Shown here in pieces: positions 1-10,687 of a stretch of DNA of 33,018 bases (position 1 is the first letter of the stretch; every line of letters begins with the position of its first letter). The DNA is from Octopus bimaculoides (taxonomy: Eukaryota). The DNA is taken from positions 47,803,680 through 47,836,697 of the forward strand of contig NC_068988.1 of NCBI RefSeq assembly GCF_001194135.2, written 5' to 3'. Below the pieces are notes generated by a model. The model worked only from the letters and a program-made list of their open reading frames with translations, was not told the origin of the DNA and searched no databases. The position numbers and the translations under genes were made by a program.

Positions 1-21
1 AAACGATGATGATGATGATGA

Positions 22-92
<71 letters not shown>

Positions 93-127
93 CAGAGAGA
101 GAGAGACAGAGAGAGAGAGACAGAGAT
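1..127. repeat. (GAT)n tail of an RTE-related element followed by (TA)n and (GA)n microsatellites
   Basis: The window opens with aaacgatgatgat, the same junction as the element tail at 27138-27156 (gttaaacgatgatgatg); direct (TA)n and (GA)n runs follow. Confidence 0.75.
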
Positions 128-429
128 AAATTGATGGAAGGATAGATAGATATGTACATGCATGCATACATACATACATATATAAATGAATACACACAAA
201 CATACACACAGACATACATATGTACTTGCATAAAACAATTCAGCTTTAATAAGAATTTTAAAGATTAACAAAGTTTCAAGCTTAGAAAATAATCTAACAG
301 TATATGGACGTATATAAAGATCCTACTATTTCTGGAATATGCCTATATTGATCTTTACAAGTAATTTATCAATGCATTTATCGTTGCCATCGTTATTATA
401 ATTCTTCTTAATCTCATAAATTGATATCA

Positions 430-650
430 GGGAGCAATGGATTGTCAGAACCAGTGGAGTGACCAACAAAATGCTTTGCAATATTTAGCTATATCACTTT
501 ACATTCCAGTCGAGCTCACCTTTGCCTTTCATCCATCTGAGGTCGATACAGTAAATAACATTCAATAACGAGGTCGATATAACCAATTATATTCGCTCTC
601 CTACTTTAAATGTATGATCTATTGCTTATATTAGAAATCATTATTATTAT
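430..650 (+). mobile_element. Diverged SINE, family B (Meta/MESC-like core)
   Basis: Contains ctttgcctttcatccatctgaggtcgata, matching the core of the copies at 9546 and 19951; ends in an (att)n tail. Confidence 0.65.
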
Positions 651-660
651 TTCCACCAAA

Positions 661-1520
661 CTGGAGTTATCTCTTTCACTAGTTTTAGAAGAGATACGTT
701 CCATTGGTCAGAAAATCCGGTACACTGGGCTTGGTTTGTTAAGAGGCACCATTATCTACAGAATTTGCTGAACACTGAACATGTGTGTTTGTCATTTGTC
801 AAGCATGTCTTTGCACAAGTTGTGTCTTTGATAGAGGTGCAGGCCTGGTCAAATACTGACAATGATTGTGCACTTCGTATTTGAAATGTAGTCAGATGTT
901 CACAGTTTGCTACTAGTAGTATTATGCAGTCAATAGTACTTTAACTCTAGTCTTTTTATATGGGTTTTGTACGGGGCAACAGTGATAATATTCTTAGGGA
1001 AATGCAAGGTATAAATAAAAACCAACTTCCTGGTCTATTATAAGGGGGGAACTTTCATCCTGAAACCACAAGATTGAAAGTGTGTGAACTGTTTAGATAT
1101 TTTTGTTTTTCATGTTTTTCTTTCTTTTTTTTCCAGGTGGTAGGGACATTGATTGTTTCTGATGAAAATCAACTGGCATGGAAGAGCTATCAGTCAAGCT
1201 TGTCTGTTTGGGATATAGACAGAGCAATGAAACAAATCTACACATACTTGTTCATTGTCCATGACTTGCTGGTTCCTTGAACTATGCTGAACATTTTGAA
1301 TGTAGGCAGGATCCAGCTATCAGCTGAATCTATCATGAAAATCACCAGACTGCCTTTCTTTGACTAGGAAGAACAAGCAGTTCTTCTCTGTCTGGTGGTT
1401 ATAATGAAATACATAAAATGGTGGACAAAGCTAAAAGGACTGATGATATATTCTTCAACCACGCTTTCAATTTCTGTTTTTACATCTTGGAGAGAGAGTG
1501 GGTGGTTGTGAGTAAACTGA
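661..1520 (-). pseudogene. Probable highly decayed Tc1/mariner-superfamily transposase fossil
   Basis: Minus-strand fragments across several frames, read by eye: VKERQSGDFHDR..LDPAYIQNV, LWFQDESSPLIIDQEVGFYLYLAFP (compare the WFQQDGAPxH...V..YL...FP pattern) and DQACTSIKDTTCAKTC. Many stops and frameshifts. Confidence 0.4.
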
Positions 1521-1719
1521 AATGTGAGTGACACCAATGAGAAAGGCCAACATGAGTGGGAATAATTTCACCATGGCCCTGTGAGTAGAAGAACACACCT
1601 AGGAGAAGCCACTTGCCCTAGACAGTGATGATAATCTTGTAACAGTGAGATACTCAGCTACGATTTCTTCATTCCATTTGAATATTGCTTTTTTCTTTTA
1701 TGTAATACATAGACAAGTG

Positions 1720-1852
1720 AAGGCGTGTAGCTTAGCGGTTAAGGTGTTTGCCTCATGATCATAAGATCATGAGTTTGATTACAGGTGATGCACTGTATCT
1801 TTGACTAAAACACTATATTTCACACAGCTCCAGTCCACTCACCTGGCAAAAA
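1720..1852 (+). mobile_element. Truncated tRNA-derived SINE, third family
   Basis: A-box-like tagcttagcgg and degenerate B-box gtttgattac, followed by gctccagtccactcacctggcaaaaa; ends abruptly at the mariner fragment. Confidence 0.65.
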
Positions 1853-2152
1853 ATTCCTCATCCACCTTATTCTTCCGACCTTGCTCCTTCAAACTACCAT
1901 TTGTTTCATAGTTTACAGAATCATTTGGGATCATAACTTTCGGAAACCAGGTAGAGATCGATAATGACATTTCTGAGCTCTTCGCTTTGAAACCAAAAGA
2001 GTTTTACATTGGGATTAAAAAGCTTGTAAATAACTGGAAAGAGTCATTGATAATCAAAGAAAGTACATTGATGATTAACTTTCAATTAAATATAACACTG
2101 GATCACTTGTTTTCTTCATTCAAAATCCAGACTGAACTTATGGGATGACCTG
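1853..2152 (+). mobile_element. Mariner transposon 3' fragment (transposase C-terminus plus probable right TIR), decayed
   Basis: Translates IPHPPYSSDLAPSNYHLFHSLQNHLG /frameshift/ TFGNQVEIDNDISELFALKPKEFYIGIKKLVNNWKE /frameshift/ VIDNQRKYIDD* (stop 2076-2078). HPPYSPDLAPSDY is the diagnostic mariner motif. Ends gaacttatgggatgacctg, TIR-like. Confidence 0.85.
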
Positions 2153-2556
2153 CTATCACCATTGTATCAACCAATAAGACTACTGGATGTTGTTATACAT
2201 TGCTTGTCCCAATGCCTTTCACATCGTTTTAGCTTTTGAATGAGGCTACCCTGTTAATGTGTGCACGTGCGCACACACACATACACATACATACATTTCT
2301 ACTTCTGTGAATGTGACAGGAAGAGTATCTAGCCATTAAATACTGCATGAAATACGTATTTGTCTGGCTTTAAGCTTGATGCTGCGATTGCAAAAAAAAA
2401 AAAATGAAGAAAGAATAAAAATATGGTTGTAAGATGAAGAAGCAAACCAACTCTCTGCTGTCGTCATTCGTAGTTTCGGAGTGAACCATAATCATACTGA
2501 ACCATGTTTGCCAATTTTGCCATCATTCAAAGTTGATGAACAGACCTGGCAGCTAA

Positions 2557-2699
2557 ACCATCATCATCCTCATCATCATCATCGTCGTCATCATCATCGT
2601 CGTCATCATCATCGTCATTATCATCATCATCACCATCAAAATCACCACCACCACTATCACCACCATAATCATTATCATCATCATCATCATCATCCTCAT

Positions 2700-2737
<38 letters not shown>

Positions 2738-2784
2738 ACACCATCACCATCAAAATCACCACCACCACCACCATCACCACCATC

Positions 2785-2818
<34 letters not shown>

Positions 2819-2829
2819 TCATCATCAGT

Positions 2830-2874
<45 letters not shown>

Positions 2875-2922
2875 AGCATCATCATCATCATCATCATCAT
2901 CATCACCATCAACATCATCATT
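2557..2922. repeat. Compound triplet microsatellite (CAT)n with in-register CAC, CAG and CGT blocks
   Basis: Read directly; it produces the poly-His, poly-Asp and poly-Met pseudo-ORFs. Confidence 0.95.
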
Positions 2923-3160
2923 GAACATCTGTTTTCCTATGCTGGTATGGACAGGATGGTTTGATAGGAACTGGTAAGTCAGAAAGCTGTACTAAGCTCT
3001 AGTGTCTGTATTGGTATGGTTTTCTATGATTGGACACCTTTCATAGCACCAACCATTTTTATAGAACATATATAGAGTTGACATAAATATTTTAAAAGAG
3101 TGTACTGGGTACTTTTTCACGTGGCACAAGCAACAATGACGTCACCAAGTAACCTGTAGT
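2914..3160 (-). mobile_element. Old RTE-related 3'-UTR/tail fragment (family C)
   Basis: catcattgaacatctgttttcctatgctggtatgg is a diverged version of catcatcgtttaacgtccgctttccatgctagcatgg at 28738; a downstream tactttttcacgtggcac motif matches the family's ggcacgtaaaaagcacc motif reversed. Confidence 0.65.
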
Positions 3161-3335
3161 ACAAGAACCTTCAACTGTCACAGAGAGAATAAATTCACAT
3201 AGATATGATGCCGCATGCATAGTTATTCTCTAAAGACATAACAGTAATCAAATTTTCATCTATTAGGAAGGAAAACTGCATTGCAAATATAGTTCTCTAT
3301 GATCATATACCTCTTACTCAAAGCATACAGCAGAT

Positions 3336-3340
<5 letters not shown>

Positions 3341-3401
<61 letters not shown>
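3341..3401. repeat. (AT)n microsatellite
   Basis: Direct reading. Confidence 0.95.
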
Positions 3402-3403
<2 letters not shown>

Positions 3404-3799
3404 TTATTCAAAAATATTCAAATGATAAAAGCTTTCTATGGAAATAAATGCGAAACTTCACAGCTATTTCTGACATGACATTTACTCCTCAATGGCTAAA
3501 AGTTATAAATAAATTCTCGTTTGATTTGTGCAGAAATATTTCTATTACAATGCATACACTGTTAATGCACTTTGAACCACCATGTTTGTAAATGCTGCAG
3601 TTCAGACCTGCATATGTCATATCTGTGTGTTTCTATGATACATTATATTGGTAAGTATTAAAAACAAAAATAAATTGTATTTAATACATTATTGCTGTCA
3701 CCAGCATAGATCTCCCACATTTAAATATATCCCATGATTACAAGGCTCTTATCAATTTATTTGAAGAGTTACTCAACATTTATATGAATACACACAATT

Positions 3800-4003
3800 A
3801 TATCTGTATGCATATGTATATGAAGACACATGTATATATGTGTGTGCATATATATATATATGTGTATATATGTATATATATGTGTGTAAATATACGTATA
3901 TGTATATATATTTATATATATATATATAAACAAACATATATACATACATACCTATAAATATACATATATATATATATACACACACATACATATAAATATA
4001 TAC

Positions 4004-4040
<37 letters not shown>
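3800..4040. repeat. TA/CA low-complexity tract running into the gap at 4041-4085
   Basis: Direct reading. Confidence 0.9.
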
Positions 4041-4085
4041 NNNNNNNNNNNNNNNNNNNNNNNNNNNNNNNNNNNNNNNNNNNNN

Positions 4086-4590
4086 TACAGGACATTGCAA
4101 ACAAAACGTAGACAAGGAAACACACAAGCCACATAGAGAACATTCTACTTCATCAGCTACCCCCGTTTTAACACCGGTGTTTCGAAGAGGTGGGCAGGAC
4201 GCATCGTTAAAACGGCTCTTCCCATGGGCCGCAAATTAAATTGTATACACAAATTAAATCTTGCCAAAACAAGTCAGGAAAACAAACAGAAAAGGCTTTA
4301 CGGACAGACGAGAAAAATTATTTGTGTATGAACGCTGTGAGGCACAAACTTGAAAGTAGGGACGAGGTAGTTCGCGTGTTTGCTCGGCGATAGCCAAAGA
4401 AGAAAAGGATTATTGACCGGAGGCATGTGACCATGCCGGTTTAAGGGGAAGAGAGAGAGTGGTAGAGGGAGAAACAAAGGGAGGAAGTAGAAGAATAGGT
4501 GAGCAACAAGAGGAAAAGAGAAAGGGAGGAAGTACGAGGGGGGAAAAAAGAGATATGTAGTAGTAACAGAAGAAGACCAAGAGGGGTAAA
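4086..4590. mobile_element. Unclassified, relatively GC-rich interspersed repeat, possibly Penelope-like-associated
   Basis: CpG-containing island in AT-rich DNA with no ORF; carries CTGATGA and CGAAAC motifs on the minus strand. Classification is inference only. Confidence 0.4.
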
Positions 4591-4599
4591 ATGCATACA

Positions 4600-4754
4600 C
4601 ACACACACACAAATATATATATTTATATATATATATATATATATGCACACACAGATACATATATACATATGTATGCATATATATGTATATGTATAGTGCA
4701 TATATGTATATATGTATGCATGTATGTATATGTATGCATGTATATATATATGTA

Positions 4755-4819
<65 letters not shown>

Positions 4820-4850
4820 TGCATATATGCATGTGTGTAGTGTATATATA
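4600..4850. repeat. (TA)n/(TATG)n/(CA)n compound microsatellite
   Basis: Direct reading. Confidence 0.9.
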
Positions 4851-5218
4851 CAAAGTAAATAAACCACAAAGCTATTTCTGTTGCATGACAACACCTCAGT
4901 AATCAGGTATTTTAACAACAGTATAGAAAGCAAAACATGTAGTAAATTCACCTAGATTGACATTGCAGAATTTTACACATCACTTACAAAATTCTTACAT
5001 TAAAAGACCTTTAAAGATTGTCAAAAACTCACCAATATTAGTATAACTGACATTAGTGACGTAATGTTTGAGTCAGTGAAATGTAATGGACTATTTGATT
5101 CTGCTAAGAGCTACTGTAATTGAGTCAGAGCCTGTACATTCCAGATGTTTTCTGAAATAAATCGTATGCTCCAGATTAGCAAGCCCATTTCATTGCTCCC
5201 GCAGGTTGGTACACTAAA

Positions 5219-5720
5219 GAGTGGCTGTGTGGTAAGTAGCTTTCTCACCAACCACATGGTTCCAGGTTCAGTCCCACTGCGTGGCACCTTGGGTGAGTGT
5301 CTTCTACTATAGCCTCGGGCCGACCAAAGCCTTCTGAGTGGATTTGGTAGACGGAAACTGAAATAAGCCCGTCATATATATCTATATATATATATATATN
5401 NNNNNNNNNNNNNNNNNNNNNNNNNNNNNNNNNNNNNNNNNNNNNNNNNNNNNNNNNNNNNNNNNNNNNNNNNNNNNNNNNTATGTATGTATGTATGTAT
5501 GTTTGTATGTCCGTGTTTGTCCCCCCACCATTGCCTGACAACCGATGCTGGTGTGTTTACGTTCCCGTAACTTAGCGGTTCAGCAAAAGAGACCGATAGA
5601 ATAAGTACTAGGCTTCCAAAGAATAAGTACTGGGGTCGATTTGCTTGACTAAAGGCGGTGCTCCAGCATGGCCACAGTCAAATGACTGAAACGAGTAAAA
5701 GCGTAAAAGAGTAAAAGAGT
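5219..5720 (+). mobile_element. Near full-length tRNA-derived SINE, family A (CORE-like), with internal microsatellite and gap 5400-5481
   Basis: A-box tggctgtgtgg, B-box ggttcagtccc, ggcaccttgggtgagtgtctt (CORE-like), internal (TA)n/(TATG)n, conserved 3' half and (gagtaaaa)n tail; five more homologous copies in the window. Confidence 0.9.
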
Positions 5721-6020
5721 TGTTCAATTATAAAATGTATACAATATATGTATACCTATTTGTGACATAGTTCATGTTTCCACTATGACTTAAAACAGTT
5801 AGACTTGAATGGAAATCGCCAGTAATTGCCATTTGAATGGAAATTTTGTTTTCACTATAAAACACATATCACTATGTTTGTCCCACCCCATTGGGACCCA
5901 ACTACCCTCTAGCTGAAAAATAAAGAATACCTCATAATTAATATAAACGTCCTAAATTCAGTGGCAGCATTGATGAAGGTGTTATGCATTAATTTAATGT
6001 GTTAAGCTTATGTTTACCGA

Positions 6021-6289
6021 TGTGAGTGGATTTGGCAGACAGAAACTGAAAGAAGCCCATCATATATGTGTGTGTGTGTGTATGTTTCTATCTGTTTGTC
6101 CACCCCCATCACTATTGCTTGACGACTGATGTTGGTGTGCTTACGTCCACCGTAACTTAACAGTTAGGCAAAAGAGACCAATGGAATAAGTAGTAGGCTT
6201 ACAAAGAATAAGTCCTGTTGTTCGACTAAATGTGGTGCTCCTGCATGGCTGCAGTCAAATGATTGAAACAAATAAAAGAATAAAAGAAT
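6021..6289 (+). mobile_element. 5'-truncated family A SINE
   Basis: Homologous to 5335-5720, from tgtgagtggatttggcagacagaaactgaaagaagccc to the aaataaaagaataaaagaat tail. Confidence 0.85.
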
Positions 6290-6661
6290 ATATATACATA
6301 TATATATTGTATATATATTATGTATATATATCTATACTTGTATATGTGTGCTTATGTATAATCATTATTAACATCCTTTATTTAATGTCAATGATTCTAT
6401 GCTGTGTGCGTGTAAACTCAAACTTAGCTATGTTTTTGACAGAAGAACAATTCACATTAAACTATCATCACTTTTCTTTGTCTTTATTTGGCTACATGTT
6501 TAGACAATGTCACCATACAGAAAAGTTACAGGTTTGCACCTTGGGCTGAAATTTCATTGTAAAGCTATTTTTAGTTGTTGCAAATTCATAATTATTGGAA
6601 AGTTTTGATAAAATATCCCCACGTTTTTTTTTTTTTTCTATTCCTCATTATTTGTTTGGTA

Positions 6662-6760
6662 ACATCAGTTTCAATGTTATCATCATCATCATCACCATCA
6701 TCGTCGTCGTCGTCGTCGTCGTCAACATCGTCATCACCACTACCATTGTTGTTGCTGTTT
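6662..6760. repeat. (CAT)/(CGT)/(GTT) triplet tract
   Basis: Direct reading. Confidence 0.85.
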
Positions 6761-7029
6761 ATGTTGATTAACATTAAATCACAAAGAAAAAATAATAAAT
6801 CTCGCTGCTTGCATTTGATGGTGCCACAATTCTGGCAACAGATATATTCTGTAAATTATCTCTAAGCTGCATTAATTATTGTTGGTGCTCACAGGTAAAG
6901 AAAACATCTTTGGGTTGATATGTTTCTTTGTGCAAAGAATACAAACAAGACAGTCAATTGTTCTTTCCTATATGCCAAATTGCAGAATACGATTATCAGA
7001 TATATTCAGTAAAATGCTATCCCCATACC

Positions 7030-7118
7030 AACACATATAAATATATATATACATATATGATATATGCATATATATAAAACATACATATATATATATATAT
7101 GTGTGTGTATGTATGTGT

Positions 7119-7157
<39 letters not shown>

Positions 7158-7210
7158 CATATATATATAAATATTTATATGCACACACACATAGAAATAC
7201 ATACATATGT
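7030..7210. repeat. (TA)n/(TG)n compound microsatellite
   Basis: Direct reading. Confidence 0.9.
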
Positions 7211-7702
7211 ATACAAGACCAATGAAAGAGAATAATTATGGCAAATTAATGCAAAACTTACAGCTCTTGTACTCTGACTATGAGTTCTCATTTGTACCTA
7301 TCATCATAGGCATTAAATTAAGTACCAATAGATTTGCATAAAAACCTAGAAATACTTAGTTTCAATGAGAAAGAGCAAATGAAACGAATGCAAATTCTCC
7401 AATTCCAATCTATGTGTGGCACAGTGAGATTTGTAAGACATTCCAAAAATTGTTCATATGAGATTCTTATGTGAGTAGATGCACACATGTGGATAAATGC
7501 ATCGACAGTTCAACCATGACACCAACTCAACCACATGTTTAAAAACACCAGGAACTCTCTAAACTCAAGAAGTCTTATCACTTTGTTAGTGATCTGTTTG
7601 AACTCTCTCAAGAATAACTTAGATAAAACTCAATGATGAATATACATACATACATACATACACACATACATACAGACATACATACATACATACATACATA
7701 TG

Positions 7703-8001
7703 TGTACAGTTGAGGAAATCAGCTGCCCTGCAGATGTTAGCATAAAACTGAAAAAAAGTTAAAAAGAGAACGCCTATGCTGAACTATTGAGAAATCTGCA
7801 GTTACTCTATTCAGATTAGAAGTTCAGGTTTATACTGTAATTATTGGGACACTGGGATATGTAACACACTGCCGAAATACTAATCTTGAGAAATTAGGGT
7901 TCTTAAAATCAGAAAGGAGAAAGCTGATTCAAAGACTACAGATCTAGTCCATCACTGGAACTGTAAAAATCTGTAAAACTTTTCAGAAGTTTATCATTTA
8001 A
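7703..8001 (+). mobile_element. Decayed C-terminal restriction-like endonuclease (RLE) region of an R2/R4/NeSL-superfamily non-LTR retrotransposon
   Basis: CTVEEISCPADVSIKLKKS*KENAYAELLRNLQLLYSD*KFRFI /frameshift/ VIIGTLGYVTHCRNTNLEKLGFLKSERRKLIQRLQI*SITGTVKICKTFQKFII*. This fits the RLE pattern [D/E]VS.P.D....K..EK..KY..L....PVI[I/V]GALG...LQ...L.GT..I. It starts immediately after a (TACA)n tract; 8002 to about 8240 is probably 3' UTR. Confidence 0.75.
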
Positions 8002-8699
8002 GTATATATGAGCATGTATATGCATGAGAAAGCATACATAAACCAGCACATACAATCTGCAGATATACATAAATACGTACGTACAAAAATACCTTGTTGT
8101 TGATGTTGAAATTCCAATGAAGGAGCCTTGGATCTAGATTAGAAAACTAACTGTTTCTCTACTGGCAAGAAATCCTGAAGTTAAACTGAATAATGACACA
8201 TAATACATGCATGCATGCAGACATACAAAGGTTCGATATTGTTCCTGTCAATATAGTAAGTAGTTTTCTGATTTTTGTTATCTCTTTTGCAAATGTTCTT
8301 TGCTATTTCATCCCTAAATAAGTTAATCCTTGACTGTGAGGAAACTAAAGCTATGAGTAATAGTTCACTCTACAGAGAACAAGGTCATAATGCAGTGTCA
8401 ACATTGTTGTTAGTCCACTTCCATCTTCTTAGGACCCCGAAAAATGCATCTACAGATATGTGTCCAACTCATAAATATACTCAAGAGATCTGAATTGTTT
8501 TCATGTTAGGGGCAACGTATAACATTTCATGAGTGTTCCTCTGTGCAAAATATCAGGGATATTAACAATATGATAATGATGCACATTCAGACATATATAG
8601 CATGTAGGTCTTCATAGAAAGTACAAATACTTTTGTTTATCATTATTTCCAACTTCAGTTTCATATCATCTGCATAACTATCAAGTGTAACTGATTCTG

Positions 8700-8908
8700 T
8701 GTCTTTATGTATATCTGATATATGTACATATGTATGCATGCATGTATGTATATATGTTTGTATTTATACCTATAACGATATTTTTCTACTATGTTTGTAC
8801 ATATGTAAGCAGGTATATATGTGTGTTGTGGATATAATATATATATATATACACACACACATACATACATATTACATGCATACATACATATGTTTGTATG
8901 TATTTATG

Positions 8909-8983
<75 letters not shown>
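8700..8983. repeat. TA/TG/CA low-complexity tract ending at the gap 8984-8993
   Basis: Direct reading. Confidence 0.85.
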
Positions 8984-9545
8984 NNNNNNNNNNGCATGTA
9001 CATACTGTTAACTAACAATTCTCCTCACATTATCTTCAAACTTCCAGCTCTTTCTCAAGTTCATCTTTTATCATATCTGTATATATGTGTGTGTGCGTGT
9101 GTGTGTGTGTATGCATATTTTTGTATTTGTATTTCTTTACTCTTTTTAGAATTTCATACATATATGGTTTCCAAGATATAGATATTTATGCATTTATGTG
9201 AGTGTGTGAGTGTGTGAGTGTGTGTGTGTGTGGGTGTGTGTGTAAGTATGTGTGTGCCTCTTTCGTTGTATCTTTAATGATTCAGCTACCTTGTGTGATA
9301 AAATTAGATATATTCTAATGTATGCATATGTGTCTTTACTTCTGATTGTGTATGCAAGTTTGTATGAGTGTATGCAAGTACGTATAACTATGTGAGTTTG
9401 TCCATGTGTAAGCATGTGTAAGTATCAATGTGTATGTAGTTTCGTATACATAAATATGTTGTTATGATCGAGTACATGTGTATACATTCTCCAGTATCTA
9501 TTAGAGTATATGATAGCCAACAAATAACAGAATATGTATGTATAT

Positions 9546-9742
9546 AAGGTGCGAGCTGGCAGAAACATTAACTTGCCAGTTATTCATCTGTCTTTATGTT
9601 CTGATTTCAAATTCTGCTGAGGATGACTTTGCCTTTCATCTTTTTGGGGTCAATAGATTAAGTCCCATTTGTGTACTGGGGTTGATCTAATCGACTACTC
9701 ACCGCTAAAAATGTCAGGCCTTGCACCTAGAATAGAAATGAA
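9546..9742 (+). mobile_element. Family B SINE (Meta/MESC-like core)
   Basis: aaggtgcgagctggcagaa head; ttcaaattctgctgaggatgactttgcctttcatctttttggggtcaata core; homologous to 19951-20170. Confidence 0.8.
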
Positions 9743-10151
9743 TATGTATTATTTTCACCTTCCCGAGTGTCAACCTAATACACCTGCTTGTGGTTTATAC
9801 ACATGTCTTCATCTTTTGATTTTCTTCAAATTTCAACTATATATGTATATATATATATATATAAGGACAGATTGCGGAGTACCAATGAACTTTTATGTAA
9901 ATATATCAAATTAAAGATTCTACGAGGTATATTACAATGGACAATACCAAGTGGAATCTCACCTTTCATCTCTCATGTTTCTCCCTCTTTTAATTTTTTC
10001 TTTGTGATATAATTCTTGGGAAAGAATATATTTGCGGCTGAAGATAGCTTTATACTATCAATTATATACTAATAATGATGCAACTACTATAAAGCTTGAA
10101 ACACGTGTACCACAGAATCCTTTGTGTTTTGTTTTTATTTTTAGATTTCCA

Positions 10152-10199
<48 letters not shown>

Positions 10200-10334
10200 T
10201 CTTTCTACTTATGCTTCATATCAGCTATTTAACTACTAGGTTTGCCAAAAAGTCCATTCAAGAACTCTGATAAGTACCTAACATCAATCTTCCCCTTGTG
10301 CCTGTGCACTCATTAGACACTTGACATTTTTTTT

Positions 10335-10520
10335 TTTTAATACCAATCCATCCTTTTGATGCTTGGTTCTATGATACAAACTTCTAGTTTTAAGGTTATT
10401 GAAATTAAAACCTTTCATCAAAATTTCATGTTAATCAATGTTTCAAATACCAGATTAATAATGACAGTTATTTTGCTAAATTTCTCATCATTTTCAAAAT
10501 TAATTGAAATCAAAGCTTTC
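10335..10520. mobile_element. Possible fragment of an AT-rich non-autonomous DNA transposon (MITE-like)
   Basis: Recognised from memory as an abundant octopus repeat (gaaattaaaacctttcatcaaaatttcatgttaat...); not verifiable within the window. Confidence 0.35.
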
Positions 10521-10687
10521 CATCAATTTGGATGTGTACTGCGACCATATTTATTCAATCAATATCATTGATTGAATAAATTGCTTCGTTTTTCAAACTT
10601 GTGCCTTAATATCAATGAAAGAAACCAAAAACACTTTTTGGCCAACCAAATATATTTAAATCTTGATCAACTATAACTAATTACAAA

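Noticed and set aside
2481-2928. 147-aa poly-His ORF and antisense poly-Asp and poly-Met ORFs (metal-binding or biomineral protein?)
   Set aside because: They are translations of a (CAT)n array that is the expanded tail of an adjacent retroelement; there is no real ATG start, signal peptide or splice support.
3534-3650. 117-nt segment with good acceptor and GTAAGT donor; one frame has only two TGA stops (stop-to-Trp recoding by ADAR?)
   Set aside because: All three frames are closed, the peptide is unrecognisable, and routine stop-codon rescue by editing has no support here. At most a non-coding exon.
5033-5151. Minus-strand splice-flanked segment with one TAG in an otherwise open frame (similar case at +15767-15831)
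   Set aside because: Expected by chance in AT-rich DNA; no homology.
5219-5290. tRNA genes at the SINE heads (also 1720, 9546, 19951, 31940)
   Set aside because: A and B boxes are present, but there is no complete cloverleaf and each continues into a repeated SINE body.
8095-8165. Second hammerhead-like string (ccaatgaagg...cttggatctag...gaaaac) in the RLE element 3' region
   Set aside because: Core nucleotides and helix III are too degenerate in this copy to support a claim.
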